NCBI RefSeq assembly: GCF_006345805.1
Contig: NW_021836055.1
Coordinates: 1-25,755 of the forward strand
From: Octopus sinensis
Lineage: Eukaryota
Reading direction: 5' to 3'
DNA: 25,755 nucleotides
A model generated the notes under the pieces. The model saw nothing but the letters and a program-made list of their open reading frames with translations, was not told where the DNA came from and made no database searches. The translations under genes and the position numbers were made by a program. Positions 11,049 through 21,363 of this stretch are shown in pieces (positions within the stretch are counted from its first letter, which is position 1; each line of letters opens with the position of its first letter).

Positions 11049-11492
11049 TTAGATTTGTCTTTTACGAGTGTGCTTTTGAACAGGTAAAATATCGATAAGG
11101 AACAATTTGATGAAAGGTCGAACATCCGGTGATGTTTTCTGCGTTGAAGTAGAATCTGCCTTAATTACAGAGACGCGTGAGAAAAATATTATCTCTCTCA
11201 TGCCAAGCATCCCATCCAAACATGAGTTAGAGACAACCCTAGCAGATATTTTATATTGAATACCATTCAGTGATGAGGACACAGACGGTAGTATTTGTTC
11301 CTCATTTAAAACGGTGAACAATCGAAAATAACATACACTAGTCGTACCCACAAGCAAGTTTTGTAGTATTAGAGAAGAGACACGAAATCCAGCTCCCGGG
11401 ATTTCAATCAGTATGTCGATCCCAGCCAGACGTGTAGCCAACTTCGTGTTATGATATGGACAAATATTCTGTGTCGATGTAACATTTGGCAA
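11049..11492 (-). CDS. Uncharacterised 147-codon ORF without an ATG start; possibly a highly diverged p53-like DNA-binding-domain sequence (retrocopy, pseudogene or exon)
   Basis: The longest ORF in unique, non-repeat, non-transposon sequence. Motifs CPYH, LIEIPGAGFRV, GTTSV and SNSCLDGMLGMREII are colinear with p53 CPHH, LIRVEGNLRV, RHSV and NSSCMGGMNRRPIL. Manual alignment only. Confidence 0.35.
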   Translation of the reverse strand: MPNVTSTQNICPYHNTKLATRLAGIDILIEIPGAGFRVSSLILQNLLVGTTSVCYFRLFTVLNEEQILPSVSSSLNGIQYKISARVVSNSCLDGMLGMREIIFFSRVSVIKADSTSTQKTSPDVRPFIKLFLIDILPVQKHTRKRQI

Positions 11493-12115
11493 TATGGTCG
11501 GCAGGGATTAATCATATCTATACAGTGCTGATGATTACAGTAATTATGAATACTATGGTAAAAATCTGTTAGATCTTAGTAATGTCTCAATCTGTGGCAG
11601 TGGCAGAATATGAAGCTGGCTATTATACTTTTATGGAGATTATGATATGGTAGTTACGACAAGACAGTTAAGACTGACAATACAGATAATAGAAATGGTT
11701 GCGATAATTCTTTTTTTTTTTTTGCAGTATTTTCCCCTGGTAGTTTTCACTGACTTTAGGGAACGCTTTAAAATTAAGTTATATTTCTAACCGTTACGTT
11801 CTACTTGACGTAAAGCACACTTTTTGTGGTTTACATTTGTGGGATTATAATAAACATAGGAATTTACATAGGGAATTACTCATTAACCTGCAACTTGAAA
11901 TCAACAGATGTGATACCTTCTGGACAGAGTGCTGAAAAGAAGACCATAAAATATCGGATGAAAGGCAGACAGTACAGATGTTACACGGCTTGCAGTAGAA
12001 TCTATAGAAAAACCAGACAAAAGACTCAAAGAGCAAGAAATTAGAGACATTGTGGATGCGACGGTGATTGCAACACCACACGCGAATCAGCAAATGCAAT
12101 AGTTCCAAGCTCTGC

Positions 12116-12117
<2 letters not shown>

Positions 12118-12162
<45 letters not shown>

Positions 12163-12173
12163 CTCTCTATCTC

Positions 12174-12207
<34 letters not shown>

Positions 12208-12281
12208 CATCTATCTGTCAGTCTGTCTGTCTGTCTGTCTAACGTGGTTGTGTGTGTTGGTATGTGTATGTATATATATAT

Positions 12282-12334
<53 letters not shown>

Positions 12335-12335
12335 A
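12118..12335. repeat. Compound (CT)n-(ATCT)n-(GTCT)n-(TA)n-(TG)n microsatellite
   Basis: Direct reading. Confidence 0.95.
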
Positions 12336-12350
12336 TGTATGTAATCTTTA

Positions 12351-12531
12351 CCGTGCCGGGTAGAATGCTTGGCCGCGGTTCGTGAATCATTATTTTCTGA
12401 GATCGAATTCCGCCGATGTCGACTTTGCTTTTCACCTCTTCGGGATCAATTAAACAGGCACCAGTTGAACTCTCGTGTCGATGTAACTGATTTATATCCA
12501 CCCCCGAAGCCGGCTGACATTGTGCCAAAAC
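12351..12531 (+). mobile_element. SINE family B, old diverged copy
   Basis: GAATTCCGCCGATGTCGACTTTGCTTTTCACCTCTTCGGGATC...GTCGATGTAAC...GACATTGTGCCAAAA. Confidence 0.75.
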
Positions 12532-12968
12532 ATATATATGTGTGTATGTATGAGTGTGTGTGTGTACACACGTTTGTGCATAAAAATTTTAACTATAAAC
12601 ATATATATATATATATATATATATAATTACAAATGAGGGCAGAAGAAAACATTTCGATGCCAATATGCTGAAAAAATACAATATTTCACTATAAATATAG
12701 TGAAATATTATATGTGTTTAGACGATATAAAGTCTATTTTTTCATCATATTGGCATAGAATTTTTTTCTTTTGTCCTTATTTATAATTGTCTAGAATTTT
12801 CATCTTCAAAGGTATTTATATTAGAAATATATATATATATATATATATATAAGGATAAGATCGTTAATTTAAATACCGATCTTATCAAGTGGCCAGCATG
12901 GGAACAAAAACCTACATAGGTAATAATTATTATTACAATTATAATTTAGCGTATCTGCGAGATATCAC

Positions 12969-13171
12969 CACGCTGGAGATAGCAGCCAAAACTTGACTCT
13001 AAAACCATATTAAATGTTCATACATCACCAGAAGAGAAGACAAAAAGACAAAATAAACTAGCAGAAAATTACTTTTTGCTAGTTTATTTTGTCTTTTTGT
13101 CTTCTCTTCTGGTGCTGTATGCATATTTAATATAGTTTTAGAGTCAAGTTTTGGCTGCTATTTCCAGTGTG
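12969..13171. repeat. Long palindrome: 99-bp inverted arms with a 5-nt spacer (ATTAC)
   Basis: 12969-13067 against the reverse complement of 13073-13171 shows 7 mismatches and no gaps by manual alignment. Confidence 0.95.
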
Positions 13172-13699
13172 CATATATATGTGTTGAATATATATATATA
13201 TATATATATATGTTTATAATGTCTACGTACTCACAGACAGACACATATATATTCATAAATGTACTTAGTGATATTTGAATTACATAATACATGGCTTTGA
13301 AAACAGCCTTCCGCATTCAGAGATATTTATGATACTCCTGACGATACTCCTCTATTTGCTTCTTTGTACATTCCGAGATTGGATGGCGCCAGTTATAATA
13401 CATAAGGATCGCAAGAACACAATGCATAGATTCCTTCGTCACTCTCTCTCACTCTCTTTCTCTCTCTCTGCATGCATGCCTGTAGAAAAATACACACTTA
13501 TACAACACACTCCTACAATGAAAGACATTGCGGCTGCTTTTCAGCCACCTGTGCAGGGGTAAACAGTGTCATATACTAGGTATACCCGTTTATGCTTGCG
13601 AACACACAAACACACGTTTGGACTATAGGAAGACAAGTTTAGCTACATATATTTAAATACTCTATCATACACATAACCCACCTCATTTACACACGCACA

Positions 13700-13792
13700 T
13701 GCATATATATATATATATATATATAATATATATATATATATAATATATATATGTATGTATATATGTATATATGTATATATGTATGTATATAT

Positions 13793-13825
<33 letters not shown>

Positions 13826-13835
13826 GTATGTATAT

Positions 13836-13885
<50 letters not shown>
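13700..13885. repeat. (TA)n/(TATG)n microsatellite
   Basis: Direct reading. Confidence 0.95.
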
Positions 13886-14452
13886 TATACATACATATAT
13901 ACACACACATACACGTAGGAATACACATAAACATACTAACACACACGCTTACTCTTTGGAAAATAAGCATATAAAATATTGAATTCTGATGAGACTCGTA
14001 CACGCAGTTATACACGCATGCGCATACAAATATGTATACACACGTATATGCAAAAGTCACCGTAACATACATACATGCTCTGATATAGAGAGATACATAC
14101 ACACACATGTACACACACACACGTGCTCGCTTGAACATACAAACATGTGTGTGTTTGATGATATATGTAAGCACGCATATCATCATCGTATTCATCATCA
14201 TCATTTAACATCCATTTTCTTCCATGTTGGCATGAGGTTGGTGGTTCTGTGTCTGCCCTGATATTATCTCTGCAGCTGGATACCCATTCTAACGCCAACC
14301 ACTTGACTGAGGATACGGGTGCATTTTCTACGAATTATCTCTATGTACAGAAAACAGAAATGCGCTTACGAGCAATTGCTGAATCCAGAAAACTATAAAC
14401 AGTTTCTTCACACCCCTATGTGTGTACGTGTGTGTGTGTGTGTGTGTGTGTA

Positions 14453-14606
14453 TTCGACAATTTTTTTTTTTAGTTTTTAACCTACAAGTCCATTCACAAG
14501 AATTTGATTGACCTGAGGTTTTAAAAGAAGGCACTTGCCCAATGTGCCACGCAGTGGGATTGAACCCAGAAATATGCAGTCGTGAATATCGAACAGTACA
14601 TCACTA
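14453..14606 (-). mobile_element. SINE family A-related 5' fragment, diverged
   Basis: The reverse complement contains GGGTTCAATCCCACTGCGTGGCACATTGGGCAAGTGCCTTC, matching the family A head. Confidence 0.75.
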
Positions 14607-15630
14607 TTTATGCCACATAACTATTCGGGCATTTAACCGAGATTATTTCCTTCCACGATTAATGAACTTGCCAGTATCGTTATTGCAGAAGCTGTTATAT
14701 GTGCAATATTTGATTTCGGTTTAAAAATTAAATTCGTCAGAAGAATCTGTCTCGTTTGACATGCCCCCACATTCAAGCACAGAATGATGCCACGGTGTGA
14801 ATGTTGATGATTCACGCACACATAACAAAGAATTAAAGCTTAACAATAACTCGGAGAAAGACAGCATACACACACAAAACAGTAGCATAAAAATACGCAA
14901 TTTATAAAATGACCCTATCGCATTTCCGTCAAAAGGAAACGTTAAATAAATCATATGATATTGTGTAACAGTATTCCAAAATTATAGTTCAAAATAATAT
15001 ATCAGCGTCCTTAAGTACATCGTTCAAAGTTAGACATACACAACAGTGACAATCATTCCGAATTATAAAAGAAAAAATAAGACGTTGCTGACTGACTAAC
15101 TTTGATAACATTGATAGGTTTTGGCCAGTATAGGCCGAGGCCATGTCTAACTTAATAGCACCACCTGGTGAAGTCTTTTAATCATATATGGGGCACCATA
15201 GCCGACTCTAGGAAAGAGTTGGTATTGTTGGAGATATATCCGGGTGTAGGAGGTTGGTCCGGGAAAATAAATTAGACAAAAATTTGGAGGAAAATAAATG
15301 ACAAAAACCAAATTGGAAATAATAAACTGTGGAATATGGCATCTAATTTTTATATATCAAGCAAAAATATAACATAATCTTAAAATTCCTTGGAGGAATG
15401 AAAACATCCCAGGTTTGAGATGTCAACAACATTTTCCGAACCAGAGATTTGACAACCAACGATGCAGTAACATCTGCACGGACATGAAATTGCTAATACT
15501 AACAAAATAGTAACCCCCATTGAGAGAAAAAATAGTGACCCTCATTGACAGAAAAAAACACCAGTATTTGTAGAGATCTAACTGCAAAAACATAATTCAA
15601 ATAAAACACCCCACACACACACACACACAC

Positions 15631-17263
15631 GCACGCACACACATGCACATGAACATACATGGCAGTATGTTTAGGGAATCGAAAAATCGCATGAAGGAAA
15701 GTAGGATGTGAGCACCGTACCATAACTTTGCCCAACAAAACCTACCGAACCGTATAACAATATGCAAAGAGTGTGGACAACCAACTGCTAAAATGTCTTC
15801 CTGCATACGATTTGATAAACAAATCATCTGCATTTAAACAAGTGAATCTAATGAAAGAAACGGCGTGACCAGCGAACCGTAAATAAGAACCCTTGCTTTG
15901 TGACATGCAGGACGTGCCAAAAAAAATTTATTCCATGAATATAAATAACTTTAAAACAAAATGCATGGACAATAAAAACAGGAAAAGATGACCACGCCCT
16001 CAAATAATAAAAATGATAAAGCATATCTAGCTCCAATCAGCCACAGGTAAGGGGTAAAGTTAACGAACCGATCAATCCCATAATAGAATAAGACTGTGCC
16101 TTAGCAATACAAAACCACTAATATGACGATTAATAGTAGTTCTTGACTGATGATCGCGATAACATAAAACTCACGTCACGCAAAACGTAGTCATGTTAAA
16201 TAAGCATTATATTCTACAACTTGTATTATGCTCTCTCTCTCTATCCGTAATCGTTCGACAAAAACCAATGTTTTAATACACTTTGCATGTCTATAAGCGA
16301 ATATCTGCGCCCGAATTAGAATTTGGTCACGTACACAATCTTATTCGGGTCGCATGCATATACTACATACACATACATATATGTATATACATACATACAT
16401 ACACACCACACACACACACACACACACACACACAACACACACACCGCACGCACACACATGCACATGAACATACATGGCAGTATGTTTAGGGAATCGAAAA
16501 ATCGCATGAAGGAAAGTAGGATTGTGAGCACCGTACCATATCTTTGCCCAACAAAACCTACCGAACCGTATAACAATATGCAAAGAGTGTGGACAACCAA
16601 CTGCTAAAATGTCTTCCGCATACGATTTGATAAACAAATCATCTGCATTTAAACAAGTGAATCTAATGAAAAAACGGCGTGACCAGCGAACCGTAAATAA
16701 GAACCCTTGCTTTGTGACATGCAGGACGTGCCAAAAAAAATTTATTCCATGAATATAAATAACTTTAAAACAAAATGCATGGACAATAAAAACAGGAAAA
16801 GATGACCACGCCCTCAAATAATAAAAATGATAAAGCATATCTAGCTCCAATCAGCCACAGGTAAGGGGTAAAGTTAACGAACCGATCAATCCCATAATAG
16901 AATAAGACCGTGCCTATAGCAATACAAAACCACTAATATGACGATTAATAGTAGTTCTTGACTGATGATCGCGATAACATAAAACTCACGTCACGCAAAA
17001 CGTAGTCATGTTAAATAAGCATTATATTCTACAACTTGTATTATGCTCTCTCTCTCTATCCGTAATCGTTCGACAAAAACCAATGTTTTAATACACTTTG
17101 CATGTCTATAAGCGAATATCTGCGCCCGAATATAGGAATTTGGTCACGTACACAATCTTATTCGGGTCGCATGCATATACATACATACATACATACATAT
17201 ATGTATATACATACATACATACACACCACACACACACCACACACACACACACACACACCACAC

Positions 17264-17266
<3 letters not shown>
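15631..17266. repeat. 815-bp tandem duplication (copy 1 ~15631-16445, copy 2 ~16446-17266) with (CA)n junctions
   Basis: GCACGCACACACATGCACATGAACATACATGG starts at 15631 and at 16446; the copies are nearly identical. Confidence 0.95.
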
Positions 17267-17314
<48 letters not shown>

Positions 17315-17435
17315 ATGCCTGTATGTGTATGTCTGCGTGTGTATAAATATAACATGATATATATATTGTATATATATTGTGAGTGGATTTCCTAAGCGGA
17401 AACTAAAAGAAGTCAGTCGTATGTATGTATATATG

Positions 17436-17529
<94 letters not shown>

Positions 17530-17531
<2 letters not shown>

Positions 17532-18073
17532 AGGTTATTTAAACAGGATGAACCGATTTCGTTACGCAATATTTTAATTAGGAGAAGCAATAGAAAACTC
17601 CAGCTAAGTCACAAGTATTTACTCACAATCAAGTTTTGTTTAGTCTCTTACAATTGTTTAATGTGGCTACCACCTGCAGCACCGGCAACATCAATGCGAT
17701 AAGAGAATTCCTCCCAGACGTGTATCTACTTGGGCTGCGAGATCCCCCAGTTTTTTTTTTTTTTTTTTGTGGAGACACGTAAAAGATCGTGTTTATGTTC
17801 CACCGCTACCCACTAATATCTATGACCTTAAACATCGAATAACAATAGCGATCAACTCAGTCGATCGTGATAGGCTGATATGCATGAGGGAGGAATTCTC
17901 TTATCGCATTGATGCCGCCAATGCCGCAGGTGGTGACCACATTGAACACTTGTAAAACAGGAAATAAAAATTGATTGTGAGTAAATACTTGTGACTTAGC
18001 TGGAGTTTTCTATTGCTTTTCCTTATTAAAATATCGCGTAATGAAATCAGTTCATTCGATGTCAATAACCCTG
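17530..18073. mobile_element. Non-autonomous fold-back Tc1/mariner derivative (MITE-like), 544 bp, with 186-bp inverted repeats and TA target sites
   Basis: TA|CAAGGTTATT...AATAACCCTG|TA. Arm 17530-17715 is an inverted, imperfect copy of 17888-18073. Confidence 0.9.
17731..17955 (+). pseudogene. C-terminal fragment of a mariner-like transposase (resembles the rosa/DD41D type)
   Basis: In-frame WAARSP..FFLWRHVKDRVYVPPLPT...EEFSYRID...GGDHIEHL* matches the WPxRSPDLTPxDFFLWGxxK...GGHxEHL pattern. The subfamily call is inferred. Confidence 0.8.
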
Positions 18074-18148
18074 TATATATATATATATATATATATACAG
18101 TGGGGGGGGGAATAAATATTCGTACATGTCAAAATTCTTTATTTATTT

Positions 18149-18543
18149 GGGATGGAAGCACTCCGTCGGTTACGACGACGAGGGTTCCGGTTGATCCGAA
18201 TCAACGGAACAGCCTGCTCGTGAAATTAACGTGTAAGTGGCTGAGAACTCCACAGACACGTGTACTCTTAACGTAGTTCTCGGGGATATTCAGCGTGACA
18301 CAGAGAGTGACAAGGCCGGCCCTTTGAAGTACAGGTACAACAGAAACAGAAACAGGAAGTAAGAGTGAGAGAAAGTTGTGGTGAAAGAGTACAGCAAGGA
18401 TCACCACCATCCCCTGCCGGAGCCTCGTGGAGCTTTTAGGTGTTTTCGCTCAATAAACACTCACAACGCCCGGTCTGGGAATCGAAACCGCGATCCTATG
18501 ACCGCGAGTCCGCTGCCCTAACCACTGGGCCATTGCGCCTCCA
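18149..18543 (-). mobile_element. tRNA-derived SINE, family C, full length (395 bp) with a 12-bp TSD
   Basis: Head TGGAGGCGCAATGGCCCAGTGGTTAGGGC...GGTTTCGATTCC with A and B boxes. TSD CTTTATTTATTT at 18137-18148 and 18544-18555. Confidence 0.92.
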
Positions 18544-18847
18544 CTTTATTTATTTAATCTCTAATGAACATAAATGGGATATACCAATACTATATATGCA
18601 TACACAAGTATAAACTAAGAATATGCAAAAGAAATTAAAAAATTATAGTAACTAAGGAATTTATATACAATTATAAATATTTCGGGGTGAAGTATTCGTA
18701 CCGAATATATTTATGATTTTCTATGCCACAAAATACAGTTAAAATAATTTTTCGTTTGTTCCAATTATCTTATCAGTTGTTATTTTTAAGTGTGAAAACA
18801 CTAGCTTCTTCATTCAGCATTGAGACAACATAAAGTAGTATCGTAAT

Positions 18848-19085
18848 GATTAAGGCGGCGAGCCAGCAGAACCGTTAGCACGCCAGGCGAAATGCGTACC
18901 CCTATTTCGTCTGCCGTTACGTTCTGATTTCAGAATTCCGCCGAGGTCGACTTTGCCTTTCATCCTTTCGGGGTCGATTAAATAAGTACCAATTATGCAC
19001 TGGGGTCGATGTAATCAACTTAATCCTCGTGCCTGTCCTAGTTTGTCCCCTCTATGTTTTGTCCCTTGTGGGTAGTAAAGAAATA
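18848..19085 (+). mobile_element. SINE family B, full length, with an 11-bp TSD
   Basis: Head GGCGGCGAGCCAGCAGAACCGTTAGC. TSD AGTATCGTAAT at 18837-18847 and 19086-19096; the empty site is seen at 20907-20917. Confidence 0.93.
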
Positions 19086-19097
19086 AGTATCGTAATA

Positions 19098-20124
19098 ATG
19101 GCAAACAGTAAAGAACTCACACATTTAATGAAAAACTTAATTATTGAACAGTAGAAAGCAGGTAAAAGTTATAGGAAAATATCAGAGACACTTTGTATTC
19201 CATTTTCTACCATATCTTCATGTATTTAAAGATATAAAAAAATCGGGAACTGTTGAAAACAGAATAAGATCCGATGCACCACGCAAGATTTCCCCTAGAT
19301 CTTTAAGGAAAATGAAGCGAAGAATCGAATAAAAACTCAATGATCACCAGAAAGGAGTTGCTAGAAGATTTTTTAGCTTCAGGGACTAGTGTTACACTAC
19401 GAACAATCAGCAATGAACTTCATATGAATGAACTGAAGACACGCTCTCCTAGAAAAACTCCGCTGTTGATTAAAAGGCATAGAGATGCCCGTTTAAAATT
19501 TGTTTATGAACATAAAGATAAATCTGATACATTCTGGGAAAATGTTCTATGGACAGACGAGTCTAAAATTGAATTGTTTGGACGAAATTCATGTAGCCAT
19601 GTTCGGAGGAATGATGGTACCGCCTATTCGCCGAAAAACACAATTCCTACCGTAATCTTTGGAGGTGGCAACATCATGGTGTGGGGAGTGTTTCTCTGCA
19701 AATGGTACAGGCAATTTACATGTGATAGATGGTAGAATGAATGCAGAGATGTACCAAATATTGACAATGATTTTGGGAAAATAACTCTGTAGAAAAGCTT
19801 CAGTTTTGTGAAGGGTGGGTTTTACAACAGGATAACGATGCTAAGCACACGGCAAAGTCTACCAAAAAATGGATTGTCGATCACAATATAAAATTATTAG
19901 AATGGACAAGCCAGTCAACTGACTTGAACCTCATTGAAAATTTGTGGCATTATTTGAAAATTAAAATCCATTCAAGTGCCCCAACGTGCATTGCAGATTT
20001 GAAGTAAATTTGTCAAGAAGAATGGGAAAAAATTCCTAAAGAAACATGCAAGTCATTAATTAAGAACTACAAGAAGAGATTGGTTGAAGTGGAACTGAAT
20101 AATGGTTATGCTACGAAGCATTAA
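19098..20124 (+). pseudogene. Tc1/Sleeping Beauty-like DD34E transposase pseudogene (several stops and frameshifts)
   Basis: MANSKEL..., RKTPLL..RHRDARLKF, WTDESKIELFG, GGGNIMVWG, QDNDAKH...34 aa...IENLW, CQEEWEKIP...YKKRLVEV...GYATKH*. Confidence 0.95.
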
Positions 20125-20354
20125 ATCAGAATTATCAGTTATTTATGTTCTGTACGAATACTTTTATCACCCCTAAATATTTATAATCATATACAAATTC
20201 CTTAGTTACTATAATTTATTAGTTTCTTTTGCATAGTCTTAGTTTATGCATGTGTATGCAAATATAGTATTGTTTATCCCATTTATGTTCATTCAAAATT
20301 AAGTAAATAAAGAATTCCCCATGTACGAAAATTTATTTACCCCTCACCCCAATG

Positions 20355-20387
<33 letters not shown>

Positions 20388-20815
20388 GATATATTATACA
20401 TATTATACACTCCTACGGAGCATATACAAGGAGACTTAGTGAAGCTTAGTGAGAAGTTCTTTAAATTTTTGTGCAACATGCAAAAATTAGATGCCAAACT
20501 TCGTTCAAAATAATTCGGACTGATTTAAAATAGTTGGAACTCATGGAACAATGTAGTCAGAAACACGCATTTTCCGAGATAAAGACATCTATCTTGTCTC
20601 TAGAACGCTTTATAGCATATATCTATTTGGCAAGGGCGCCATTTCTTTCTAAATAACTAACATGAGCAGCAACAACAGCAGTTACCATCGTGACAACAGC
20701 AGCTAATAACACTAACAATAATGACACCACTAATTCTACCAGACAAGAGATATTACAGAGGCCGTATGTATATATGTAAGTATTATATGAGGATAATATA
20801 TATATATATATATAA

Positions 20816-20861
<46 letters not shown>

Positions 20862-20864
<3 letters not shown>

Positions 20865-21135
20865 AAAACACTAGCTTCTTCATTCAGCATTGAGAAAACA
20901 TAAAGTAGTATCGTAATAATGGCGAAAAGTAAAGAACTCACAAATTCAGTGAAAAACTGAAAAGTTGAACAGTGGAAAGCAGGTAAAAGTTACAGGAAAA
21001 TATCAGAGAATACATACGGGCATCTCTATGCCTTTTAGTCAACAGCGGAGTTTTTCTAGGAGAGCTTAATTTCAATTCATTCCTATGAAGTTCATTGCTG
21101 ATTGTTCGTAGTGTAACACTAGTCCCTGAAGCTAA
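20862..21135. mobile_element. Rearranged remnant of the same Tc1 family: a + fragment (20862-21009) joined to an inverted fragment (21016-21135)
   Basis: The + part matches the 5' UTR and start of the transposase without the SINE. The inverted part matches ~19374-19491 (LASGTSVTLRTISNELH..RKTPLL.KRHRDAR). Confidence 0.9.
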
Positions 21136-21363
21136 CAAATATATATGTATATATATAACAAATATATATATATATATATAAGCAATAAAGGGTTTAGCAA
21201 CGAATTGCCTTACCACATACCGAATTTAGAAATAGCAGTCAAAGAGTTATAGCTATTTCTTCTACTAAAAAGGGAGATCTCAGTAAAAACAGCAATTGGA
21301 AGGCAGACACAAACAGGTAAGAGAGAATGAATTGACGGCAATCTATCATACAATTTTAAGTTA

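Larger units (their letters stand above)
18098..20354 (+). mobile_element. Full-length degenerate Tc1 element (DD34E) with ~200-bp IR/DR-type inverted repeats, TA target sites and two nested SINEs
   Basis: TA|CAGTGGGG...TATTCGTACATG left end and CATGTACGAAAA...CCCCAATG|TA right end. The TATTCGTAC-type direct repeat recurs at the inner ends (~18693-18701 and 20152-20160). Confidence 0.93.

Noticed and set aside
16341-16850. 169-aa minus-strand ORF
   Set aside because: No family motif, aromatic-rich antisense-like composition, runs into a microsatellite, and is broken in the duplicate copy.
18470-18543. tRNA-like sequence
   Set aside because: It is the head of SINE family C (continuous with the SINE body and flanked by TSDs), not a tRNA gene. 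The same applies to the family A and B heads.
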